Source: an uncultured virus (IMG/VR IMGVR_UViG_3300042880_001179) (taxonomy: Duplodnaviria; Heunggongvirae; Uroviricota; Caudoviricetes). From it: 64,000 bases of DNA. Below the pieces are notes generated by a model. The model worked only from the letters and a program-made list of their open reading frames with translations, did not search any database and had not been told where the DNA came from. Every line of letters begins with the position of its first letter. Within the stretch, counting starts at the first letter, position 1. The stretch lies in IMG/VR virus record IMGVR_UViG_3300042880_001179; one strand, written 5' to 3'. Made by a program: the position numbers and the translations under genes. Of the stretch, positions 48,402 to 56,547 are shown in pieces.

Positions 48402-48665
48402 ATGAAACTATTTTCAGAGTGGTTACAAGAGGCTGCTGGAATAGCTACCAGCCGTTCGCAATGTGTGCAGGGTGATGAGCCGAATTTTGCTGGTGCTTGT
48501 TCGGATTTGCCTCCTTCACCAAAACCCAAGAAGAAGCTTAAGAAATTAAAGAAAATTGGTTCTAAATTAAAGAAGTTTAGGAAGAAACGCAAGCTAAAAG
48601 ATGAAGCAATGATGGTCCAAGGAGGAAGCCCGGGACCAGATGCGCAATGTGCGGGCGCTTGTTAA
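48402..48665 (+). CDS. Small basic capsid-targeted-like peptide protein A
   Basis: MKLFSEWLQE; two VQG..AGAC modules and a poly-Lys tract; RBS AGGAG. Confidence 0.7.
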   Translation: MKLFSEWLQEAAGIATSRSQCVQGDEPNFAGACSDLPPSPKPKKKLKKLKKIGSKLKKFRKKRKLKDEAMMVQGGSPGPDAQCAGAC

Positions 48666-48681
48666 TTAAAGGAGGACACCT

Positions 48682-48999
48682 ATGAAAACATTTACAGAGT
48701 GGTTGCAAGAGGCCACAACAGTAGCGAAAGATAAGAAACAGTGTGTACAAGGCGACCGACCCAGTGTTGGTGGTGCTTGTACTGGTGCTATTGCAAATGC
48801 AGGGATTGATGGCGTTCCAATGCCTGAAAGAGGACGCAAATTAAAAAAAGCTAAACTCAAGAAGGAAGCCATTGTTGTTGGACCTCAACCTCCCGGTGTT
48901 GGAGTTCAGGGTGGCAAATCTGATTTTGTTATTGCAGGCGCACCCGGAGTAGCACACAGCAAACCCAAACGTAGGAAAAAAAGACGAAAAAAAGCATAA
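48682..48999 (+). CDS. Small basic capsid-targeted-like peptide protein B (paralog of A)
   Basis: MKTFTEWLQE; QCVQGD..GGAC and VQGG..AGAP; K/R tracts; RBS AAGGAGG. Confidence 0.7.
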   Translation: MKTFTEWLQEATTVAKDKKQCVQGDRPSVGGACTGAIANAGIDGVPMPERGRKLKKAKLKKEAIVVGPQPPGVGVQGGKSDFVIAGAPGVAHSKPKRRKKRRKKA

Positions 49000-49043
49000 T
49001 TGAAAATGGATTTAGCGGTTTTAGGGACTTTTTTGAGGGAGGA

Positions 49044-49457
49044 ATGGGAAACCCGGGTACTTTATACCCTCCCAATCAACAGCCCCAAGGTGGTGGCGTT
49101 CCTAAATCTATAAGTTGTGGGGGAAGTCCCGGGCCATGTCCCCCTCCCCCCAAAGTCACCGATATGAAATTAGACAACAGTGGTTGTCTTGGTACTTCTG
49201 GTAGATGTGCTCCGATTAATGTTAAATTAGATATGAAAGGATGCGGGGGAGGTCCCGGGCCATGTCCTCCTACGCCTAGAGGTTGTTCGGGAGGTCCTTG
49301 TCCTACTACTCCTGCTGCTGGTACAGCCGTTACGGCTACAAATAGCACCATGGCAAGCCCTGATACTACGCCAGCCAAAGAAGCACCCGGATTTTATAAA
49401 GCGCCCTTAGATAGCGGACAAAAGGGTGCTACACCGGTACAGAAGCTTAAAGTTTAA
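49044..49457 (+). CDS. Gly/Pro/Cys-rich repeat protein
   Basis: CGGSPGPCP, CGGGPGPCP and CSGGPCP repeats; RBS GGAGG. Confidence 0.65.
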   Translation: MGNPGTLYPPNQQPQGGGVPKSISCGGSPGPCPPPPKVTDMKLDNSGCLGTSGRCAPINVKLDMKGCGGGPGPCPPTPRGCSGGPCPTTPAAGTAVTATNSTMASPDTTPAKEAPGFYKAPLDSGQKGATPVQKLKV

Positions 49458-49885
49458 ATTTTTATTGTCAAAAAGTGCAAACAGAAAATTGAATCTTCTG
49501 ATCTGTAACCGCCTGTAATCATATTGAGTTGTAGGATGTTATTAGTATTAAGATTGCGCAATACAACATCTACATAAATCATGCTTTTTTGTACAGATTT
49601 TATATTTTCTAGAATAGAATCTACTTCTTCGTCTGTGGTGGTTTTTTTACAGATAGTGATTTTGCAGATGCCGGAATCTAGACTCCAGCCTTTTTGTTTG
49701 ACTTGTGCGTATGAGTTATATGAGAAGTCAATTGTTTGATTATTTTTTTTGATTTCTACGGATTCAACGACAAGTCCGTATAGATAGTTGGTTTTGTGCC
49801 AAAATTCTATTCTTTTATGGTGGGTTCGCTCATAAATACCTTTGGAATGTGGCCAATCTAGCCTCAAAGTTGGGTAAGTTTTCAT
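49454..49885 (-). CDS. Hypothetical protein
   Basis: 143-aa ORF with AAGGT upstream. Confidence 0.5.
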   Translation of the reverse strand: MKTYPTLRLDWPHSKGIYERTHHKRIEFWHKTNYLYGLVVESVEIKKNNQTIDFSYNSYAQVKQKGWSLDSGICKITICKKTTTDEEVDSILENIKSVQKSMIYVDVVLRNLNTNNILQLNMITGGYRSEDSIFCLHFLTIKI

Positions 49886-49905
49886 ATCATCACCTTGGGG
49901 GATCA

Positions 49906-50472
49906 GTGCGTAAGATTTATCGAAAACGACACAAGCCCGAATCGATAAAGATACATCTTCCGGAGGTTCAGCAAAAAACGCATTTTAGTTGTGCAGCAGC
50001 GGTAGTGCATTCGATTTGTAGTTATTGGGGATTAGGTTTGCCGTCTCATTATGATTATTTTCCCTATCTAGAAACTGATGAGAGTTATGGGACATTACCC
50101 AGCAAAATAGCGAAGTATTTAACATCTGTTGGTCTCACTGCGTGCATTAAGTATAATATGTCAATTAAAACTTTGTGTCAAGAGATTAACAAGGGAAGTC
50201 CTGTGATTCTTGCGTTGCAGGCTTGGGGTAATTTCAAGCATTACGACAAATTTGGTAGTGGGCATTATTTAGTTGCGATTGGGTACGATGAGAAAAACAT
50301 TTATTTCGAAGATCCTTGGTTGAATTGCAGCAGGGGTTTCATACCGAAAAATGAACTATTGAAGCGTTGGCATGACATGGATTACTTAGGTGTTACGCAT
50401 GAGAAGATGGGGATTATAGTTTCCCACAAGAAAATTCCTGTTTATAGCAAGAGTGCTAGAAAGATTTGTTAA
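49906..50472 (+). CDS. C39-like cysteine peptidase (stand-alone)
   Basis: QQ....SCAAA, YGT.P, GHYLVAIGYD and FEDP motifs; GTG after GGGGGA. Confidence 0.85.
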   Translation: MRKIYRKRHKPESIKIHLPEVQQKTHFSCAAAVVHSICSYWGLGLPSHYDYFPYLETDESYGTLPSKIAKYLTSVGLTACIKYNMSIKTLCQEINKGSPVILALQAWGNFKHYDKFGSGHYLVAIGYDEKNIYFEDPWLNCSRGFIPKNELLKRWHDMDYLGVTHEKMGIIVSHKKIPVYSKSARKIC

Positions 50473-51067
50473 ATTGTAATTTGTAATAAACTGGCAATCT
50501 GTGTGAAAATATTTTCATGAATTTTGCCAAGTTTGGTCCTGCGAATGAGATAATTTTGCTTCCTCCGAACTTTTTAATTTCGCCATCTATTCCTAGGATT
50601 TGGAAGTAATTTTTAATTGCTTGCACAGAGGATTCAGACAAACGGCTGATTCTAAGTGATGCCGAATTTTTTTTGAATTCGCCTTTGTCCATAAACCAAC
50701 AGGCAACGCCGTAATCTTGTAATTGGTCGAGCCATAATTCGGTAATATTTTTAGTATTATCTTTGTAGCAAAGATCGTAGAATTCATTCCAGCATGAGCA
50801 GCTTATGCTATTCCAGCGGAAGGAATCTTTATCTTGAACAAAAGATTTTGGCCTACTGAATCTTTGTAATTCATGTGCTTTGCAACGAATCCAGATGCCA
50901 TTTTTAGAAACGCTTTCTCGCATTTGGAAGTGAGGGTTTTTGGATTTTCTTGGTTTGATGATACTGCTATTACCTAATAAGGTCCCTAGAATAACTTGTT
51001 TTTCTTTGTTTGCAAAAGTTAGTTGCCGTAAAGTCTCTCCATCAGTTTGCCAGTTATTAAGCATCAT
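50456..51067 (-). CDS. LAGLIDADG_2-family endonuclease-like protein with altered catalytic motifs
   Basis: QVILGTLLGNSSI and ACWFMDKG; FY....K.I...L..L; YKL end. Confidence 0.8.
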   Translation of the reverse strand: MMLNNWQTDGETLRQLTFANKEKQVILGTLLGNSSIIKPRKSKNPHFQMRESVSKNGIWIRCKAHELQRFSRPKSFVQDKDSFRWNSISCSCWNEFYDLCYKDNTKNITELWLDQLQDYGVACWFMDKGEFKKNSASLRISRLSESSVQAIKNYFQILGIDGEIKKFGGSKIISFAGPNLAKFMKIFSHRLPVYYKLQFNKSF

Positions 51068-51104
51068 TACCTCATAAGAAATATATATAAAGTTTAACAA
51101 AATT

Positions 51105-51150
51105 AAATACGCACCAAAGGTCTATATTTGCAGACATTTGGTGCGTATTT
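51105..51150. terminator. Long hairpin, probable terminator of the peptidase operon
   Basis: AAATACGCACCAAA...TTTGGTGCGTATTT 14-bp arms plus an inner GTCT/AGAC stem. Confidence 0.75.
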
Positions 51151-51164
51151 TTAAGTTAAAAAAA

Positions 51165-52142
51165 TTAAATTTTCCAACGAAGTTTTCTGAGAGGGAATCC
51201 TTCTACGGCGCTATAACAAAACGAATCATCTTGTTTGAGCATTTTATCTATTACCGACCAGTGAGCATAGAAACCGGCTGAGCTTGGTTCGCCGGGTCCA
51301 ATATTGGAATTTCCCATGTATGTTCCCCAAGAGTTTAGGATAAATCCATGTTCTTCTTTGTTTATAGTAGCGTAGCCAATAATAGCCATTTGGTGTGCCC
51401 AAGAACCAGATGGTTTGCATACTCCATTTGCATCTCTTGAAGTTGTGAAACCTTGGTTGCTAGCAACTGATATACCATAGCCTTGAACCAATGATTTTTT
51501 TGCACTATTCCAATCTGAAATTTGCGTGGTGTATTTTACAGGATGTTCTTTTACTAGTGGTTCTAAATCATTAGGAACACCTGCAGCGCCCCATTGGCGG
51601 CACAATGATTCAGAGTATTTTTCTAGATTATATTTTCCATTTAGAAAAGTTCCTCTGTTAAGAATTCCATATTTTCTAACGAAATCAGCACCCCAAGCGC
51701 CGATACTTCCGTCGCCTCGGCCTAATTGTCCTTTGCCTATTTCAACTCTGCTTCCTCCATAAACTATTTCTTGAACTAGGGGTTTGAATTCTTCTGCTTG
51801 TCCTTGAGCGATTTCTGCGCACATTGTATATTCTATGGCTGAACAGCAGCCCATCGCCACGCATGATCCAACGGATCCCTGATTTCTGGGAGGTAAATTA
51901 TCTCCAGTTACAATTTTTGCAAAGTCCCACAAATAACAGTGATCCGGTAGTTCTTCATTTGCATATCCGAATGCTGGAGTATCGGTGAAATTCTTTATTG
52001 GGAAAGTTTCTAAGGTTGCTTGTACGGCAACTGGATCGTTTATCCATCCAAATGATACATCATTAGGAACATATGTAATTGAAGAATCAAATCCTTCGGT
52101 AGAAAGAGTATCAATATATGTTGTATATGCTTTGTTATCCAT
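51165..52142 (-). CDS. Papain-like C1 cysteine peptidase
   Basis: NQGSVGSCV, WAHQMAIIGY and LNSWG motifs. Confidence 0.9.
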   Translation of the reverse strand: MDNKAYTTYIDTLSTEGFDSSITYVPNDVSFGWINDPVAVQATLETFPIKNFTDTPAFGYANEELPDHCYLWDFAKIVTGDNLPPRNQGSVGSCVAMGCCSAIEYTMCAEIAQGQAEEFKPLVQEIVYGGSRVEIGKGQLGRGDGSIGAWGADFVRKYGILNRGTFLNGKYNLEKYSESLCRQWGAAGVPNDLEPLVKEHPVKYTTQISDWNSAKKSLVQGYGISVASNQGFTTSRDANGVCKPSGSWAHQMAIIGYATINKEEHGFILNSWGTYMGNSNIGPGEPSSAGFYAHWSVIDKMLKQDDSFCYSAVEGFPLRKLRWKI

Positions 52143-52854
52143 TCAGTCCTCCTAATATTTTTTGCATACGTGTAAATTGTGTTTTGCATTTCTTTTTAAG
52201 ATTTTCATCAAAGGGAACGTTTGGATTGGTTCCAAGAACTAAATCTAATTCATTAGCAATAGCTTCTCTTAATGTGTTTAGCTTATCGGCTTTGATGTTC
52301 TGGAAGGATAAGTTTCTTACTGTTGCATACAGTTGGCCCAAAGTTTTGTATTGTGGGTTATCGCATTCTAGGACGGCCAATTCGTATACATGGGTCAAAT
52401 TTTTTGCTGAATCAGCCTTATCAGCCTCTTGTAAACCGCCATAAATACCTCTTAGTGATTCTGCAAATGGGTCTTTTACATCGGGATCGGGAGGATTAGG
52501 GTTAGGCGGATTAGGATTGGGGTTAGGGTCGGGGTTATTTCCGATAATTACAGTGGTAAAAGCTGGTGCTGTTGCGACGTTATTGATGCTGGTATAGGCC
52601 AAAACACGGTATTTACCATTTTTTGTTGCAAGAACTACAGTGCTTTTTTTGTCACTTAGTAAATTGGATGGAAAGACATTTAGGCCCGGATCAAGTGATA
52701 CAAAACGTACAACTTCTCCTTTTGTCACAGCGGTGATAGGTACAAATGCTCCTGCATCTGCTTTTACGGTATCGGGCAATAATAATTCAGGTTGCTGGGA
52801 AAATGCTGGTTGCTGAGAAAATGCCAAAATTAACGGCAATAATAGTGATTTCAT
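52135..52854 (-). CDS. Signal-peptide protein with an Ig-like region and a PN/PD linker
   Basis: MKSLLLPLILAFSQ; GKYRVLAY; PDPNPNPNPPNPNPPDP. Coupled to the C1 peptidase. Confidence 0.7.
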   Translation of the reverse strand: MKSLLLPLILAFSQQPAFSQQPELLLPDTVKADAGAFVPITAVTKGEVVRFVSLDPGLNVFPSNLLSDKKSTVVLATKNGKYRVLAYTSINNVATAPAFTTVIIGNNPDPNPNPNPPNPNPPDPDVKDPFAESLRGIYGGLQEADKADSAKNLTHVYELAVLECDNPQYKTLGQLYATVRNLSFQNIKADKLNTLREAIANELDLVLGTNPNVPFDENLKKKCKTQFTRMQKILGGLNG

Positions 52855-53011
52855 ATTGTTTCCTTTCTTATTCTTTCACACCGTATATATCTATTTAACT
52901 GATGTTAATTTGTGTTTTTTACATTCGGAAGGAAAACAAAATAAAAATTAAATGACTATTGTAGATAAGGATGCCTATATCAATTTTTACCACTTATAAG
53001 GAGGCTTCACT

Positions 53012-53428
53012 ATGGGCGCTACTTCAGTTACAGGAACAGGTCCGGGTTCAGCACTAGGCTGGAACAAGGGCGTTCCCGGCGAGACAACAATCGGCGTTGA
53101 GAATCTAATTGGACCACACGTAGTTGCAGCTGGCGTTGCAACTTTGGTTGGTGGTGCCGCTACTGTATATCTCCCCTTCTTGACATCGGGTGCTATGGCT
53201 GTGCCCCCTTATGTAACATCTGGCCTACCAGTTCCTCAGCCTGCTTTCTGTGTTTTCGCTACTGATAACACTCCTGCTTCAGCTACTCCAGCTACTGGTA
53301 CCATTTCAGAAGGAATGTGGTCTGGTGGTGGTGCTTCTGGAACTCCATATTGGTATCTCAGCCTAACCGGCGACACCACTAATGCTGTTTCTTGGATGGT
53401 TGTTCAGACTGGCATGACACAGATTTAA
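53012..53428 (+). CDS. Small Gly/Thr/Ala-rich structural protein
   Basis: MGATSVTGTG.G; perfect RBS TAAGGAGG and its own terminator. Confidence 0.65.
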   Translation: MGATSVTGTGPGSALGWNKGVPGETTIGVENLIGPHVVAAGVATLVGGAATVYLPFLTSGAMAVPPYVTSGLPVPQPAFCVFATDNTPASATPATGTISEGMWSGGGASGTPYWYLSLTGDTTNAVSWMVVQTGMTQI

Positions 53429-53447
53429 TATCATTATTTACAAAATA

Positions 53448-53482
53448 AAAAAAAGCCTGTCAAATTTTGACAGGCTTTTTTT
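53448..53482 (+). terminator. Rho-independent terminator (bidirectional form)
   Basis: A-tract-GCCTGTCAA-ATT-TTGACAGGC-T7. Confidence 0.9.
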
Positions 53483-53503
53483 GTCGAATACTATATCTAT
53501 TTT

Positions 53504-53806
53504 ATGGACGAAGAAGAAAAACAAATTGATGCAGAAAACAGAGAACAAAAAAAAGTTCCTTTTGAAACCCGCATCAAGATACACTCAAACGGTGAAGTAG
53601 AGCGGAAGATATTTGTTGACGGAGTAATGTTAGATTACTCTGTGGATATTACATCGTTCCAAAACGCAGTTCGAATGGGCCCTCAATATAGAGAAGCTAT
53701 TATGTCTGATATAGTGAAACATTTTACAAATTGTGTAAGTGATATGGTTGGAAGAAAGGTAACTTATGATGAAGTTTTGGCAGCTACGAAATCAGGATGG
53801 ATTTAG
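53504..53806 (+). CDS. Hypothetical protein
   Basis: 100-aa ORF. Confidence 0.6.
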   Translation: MDEEEKQIDAENREQKKVPFETRIKIHSNGEVERKIFVDGVMLDYSVDITSFQNAVRMGPQYREAIMSDIVKHFTNCVSDMVGRKVTYDEVLAATKSGWI

Positions 53807-54567
53807 TAACCATACTCTGTGTCTAGAAGCCAAATGAAATCTAAAAATATTTCAGGTTGTTTTCTATTTTCTTCAAATAAATCATAAGTATTTTCTTTAA
53901 AACGATCAAAAACAAAATCTACAGGTTTGAATGTTGAAATTCCTTCTATGGGATAAGACATGCCTTTATAGTTAAGTTTTCGTATACTGTTTGCTATTCC
54001 GACCATTTTATTTTGTTTGTCAAATAAGGCGCAACCAGAATCACCGGGTACTATTGGTACGTTGGTGCGAATATCTTGGAGGGTGCCTTGGGATAGTGGC
54101 AATCCATTTATTTTACCTTCTGTAAATCTGGGATACTCTTCCATACCACAGCCTACTGAATAGACTGAATCAAATAATTTAAGTGTGTGAGCAGTTCCCA
54201 AAGTTACTTCAGGAATCTTTTCGGTGCTTAAAAATGCTACAATAGACAGATCATTTTGTTTATCTTCGTCAACTAGGCAACATCCGTGGCTTAGTTGTTT
54301 TTCCAAATAATTTTCGTCTTTGTAATAAAATGTATTTATTACCATTCTTGGAGATATAACATGCTGGCAGCTTATAACATAATTAATAAAATTATTAGGA
54401 GAAATTTTTATTGATTTATAAACAACGCCTGAGCCGCTCATTTCTTTAGATTTGCTGATTATTTGTACTGTTGGCAAAAGGGATTTGTGGAATAAATCTT
54501 TTTTGTTTGGTTCGCTACTGATTGCAGCGCCAACGCAGAGGGACAAAAAAAATAAGATTAGCCTCAT
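53803..54567 (-). CDS. Trypsin-like S1 serine protease with a signal peptide
   Basis: SGSGVV, SCQHV, DLSIV and PGDSGCAL motifs; hydrophobic N-terminus. Confidence 0.9.
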   Translation of the reverse strand: MRLILFFLSLCVGAAISSEPNKKDLFHKSLLPTVQIISKSKEMSGSGVVYKSIKISPNNFINYVISCQHVISPRMVINTFYYKDENYLEKQLSHGCCLVDEDKQNDLSIVAFLSTEKIPEVTLGTAHTLKLFDSVYSVGCGMEEYPRFTEGKINGLPLSQGTLQDIRTNVPIVPGDSGCALFDKQNKMVGIANSIRKLNYKGMSYPIEGISTFKPVDFVFDRFKENTYDLFEENRKQPEIFLDFIWLLDTEYGY

Positions 54568-54598
54568 AATTTATCTATTTTATATTCTATTATATTTT

Positions 54599-54799
54599 AT
54601 GGAACAAAAAGACTGTTTCTTTTTTATTGCTCCTAATGAGAATGGCGAAGATCAAGTAAATTGCTGTTGTATGGAGTGTCAACAAAAGGAAAATGTTGAA
54701 AAGGCAATGTATTGGCCCGGTAGTACCAAAGGCTATGGCCCTTTCGATTATTATTGTCACTATTGCAAAGATGTTATAGCTTTAAATGAGGCAAAATGA
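54599..54799 (+). CDS. Small zinc-finger protein
   Basis: CMEC ... CHYC. Confidence 0.6.
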   Translation: MEQKDCFFFIAPNENGEDQVNCCCMECQQKENVEKAMYWPGSTKGYGPFDYYCHYCKDVIALNEAK

Positions 54800-55461
54800 T
54801 AGAAAGACTTTTGGAAAAGAGCGATTTCAATAAAATTTTTGAAGATGCTAAAGCTAAAGAATATTTTATAGAATTATTACAAAATGAAGAATATTTAGAG
54901 ATTGTCGAAGACAAAACAGTTTTTTTAGGTTTGAGATCACAGAGTGGGTGTGAGGTTTTACAGATAGAGGATTCAGAACTTTTGAATTTTTTCCGTTTAG
55001 TCAGAGATGATTTTCATGATTGGCGTGAATTAATTTCGATAAGAAGAAGTGCTCACAAGCAACTTCTCCAGAGTTTTCTCAAAAATAGTTTTTATCATAG
55101 TTTAAAAGACCGACTCGAAAAGACTGTGCTTAGTGATAGCGTGAAACTTTGCAAGAAGATACATACTGTGAATGACAGAATGGAGAATTTGCATCAAAGG
55201 TTGCAGGGAGTTTTTCTAGTAGAAGGTAAGCGCAAAGAATTACTAATTAGCATGGACAGCAGGAAAACAACGATTGTTTGCAAGTGTAGTGAGGAAACAA
55301 ACATAGATTTATTGTGGACAAAAGATATAAAATATGCTCGGGCTTTTCTTATAATACCTGACGAAAAGACATTTGCAAAAGAGGCTAGAACAATTGGTTT
55401 TGAGAGATTGCAACACGGTCGCAAAAAAAGTAAAAATATATGGGTCAAAAACCATAAATAA
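54796..55461 (+). CDS. Degenerate Dam (D12-class) DNA methyltransferase-like protein
   Basis: YLE...VFL...EV...D.ELLNFFRLVRD, RLQGVFL.E and MDS..T layout, but FxGxG and DPPY are absent. Confidence 0.55.
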   Translation: MIERLLEKSDFNKIFEDAKAKEYFIELLQNEEYLEIVEDKTVFLGLRSQSGCEVLQIEDSELLNFFRLVRDDFHDWRELISIRRSAHKQLLQSFLKNSFYHSLKDRLEKTVLSDSVKLCKKIHTVNDRMENLHQRLQGVFLVEGKRKELLISMDSRKTTIVCKCSEETNIDLLWTKDIKYARAFLIIPDEKTFAKEARTIGFERLQHGRKKSKNIWVKNHK

Positions 55462-55465
55462 AAGC

Positions 55466-55678
55466 ATGAAAACCTTCATGCAATGGTTGGCTGAAGATAA
55501 CGGACAAGTTAGTGGTAACTATCAGAATGATGAGTTGCTGCAATCTGTGGTAAACAGCAAGTATTTGGCCGTAGTTAACACCAAAAAAAAAGTACCTAAA
55601 AGTGCAGAATGCAACTATTTAGGTATTTGTCCAAAAGGCAAGAAGGTTAAAGTGAACCTGTTACCAGTGGAAGTATAA
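55466..55678 (+). CDS. Putative internal head protein
   Basis: MKTFMQWLAE directly after TAAATA. Confidence 0.6.
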   Translation: MKTFMQWLAEDNGQVSGNYQNDELLQSVVNSKYLAVVNTKKKVPKSAECNYLGICPKGKKVKVNLLPVEV

Positions 55679-55989
55679 TGTCTAATTTCGGATATTTGTT
55701 CGAAAACATGGAGCGTGCCAGAAAGCACGAACAGGAATATATTGATAGCCAATCCATGGAAGCTATTCAAAATGGTATAAATCAAGATGAAAACTTTTGG
55801 GCAAATTTTCTTTCGGTATTGAACAATACTGAGGCCTTAGGTGGTTTGCTAAACATTCCCCCCATAAAAATGAATAAATGGCGCAACAGAATCCAGAAGT
55901 ATTTAACTAAATATTATGAAACTCAGGGAGAAGAACCTGATTTAAAAAAGAAACGTAAATTTGTCGATGTAAGTGACTTTGATTACTAG
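55678..55989 (+). CDS. Hypothetical / putative internal head protein
   Basis: MSNFGYLFE; coupled by TAATG. Confidence 0.55.
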   Translation: MSNFGYLFENMERARKHEQEYIDSQSMEAIQNGINQDENFWANFLSVLNNTEALGGLLNIPPIKMNKWRNRIQKYLTKYYETQGEEPDLKKKRKFVDVSDFDY

Positions 55990-55997
55990 AGGAAAAA

Positions 55998-56228
55998 ATG
56001 GCTTTGCAACCTTTTGAAGACTGGCTTAAAAATGAAGCAAATTTCCAAATTGAGCTTCCAAGAGAGCATGGGGAGTATGGGAACCTTAAAGGTTTAAAAG
56101 AGTACCTGTCAGATTGGCTTGCAAACGTGGATAAAAAAGAAGTAAATATTATAATAAAAGATTTAGTTAACTGGCTAAAGGGATATGACTCACAGCCTTC
56201 AAAAGGCATGTCACCAATGGATCACTAA
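55998..56228 (+). CDS. Putative internal head protein
   Basis: MALQPFEDWLKNE; RBS GAGGA. Confidence 0.55.
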   Translation: MALQPFEDWLKNEANFQIELPREHGEYGNLKGLKEYLSDWLANVDKKEVNIIIKDLVNWLKGYDSQPSKGMSPMDH

Positions 56229-56245
56229 CAGAAAAGGAAAATAAA

Positions 56246-56539
56246 ATGGCTATGACAAAATTCAATAATTGGAAAAAAACAAATGAAGGAATGGAAGGAC
56301 CTGCTGCTTCGCCAGTCAATGAACCATCTGGTTTAGATAAAAAACTTGCTCGTTTTATGGGCGGTACTACGGCCCAAGGAAGAGTTGAAGACATATTAGC
56401 TGGTGTTGCTGACCAAAATATGGTATCCCAAGTCAAAGTTGCTATGGATTTATTAGGAAATTTAGTAGCACAACTTGACAGTAATAAAAAAGCACAATTC
56501 GTAAATTTGATTAAAACAAAGCTCAATACAATCAAATAA
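56246..56539 (+). CDS. Putative internal head protein
   Basis: MAMTKFNNWKKTNE; RBS AAGGA. Confidence 0.55.
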   Translation: MAMTKFNNWKKTNEGMEGPAASPVNEPSGLDKKLARFMGGTTAQGRVEDILAGVADQNMVSQVKVAMDLLGNLVAQLDSNKKAQFVNLIKTKLNTIK

Positions 56540-56547
56540 GAGGCCAA

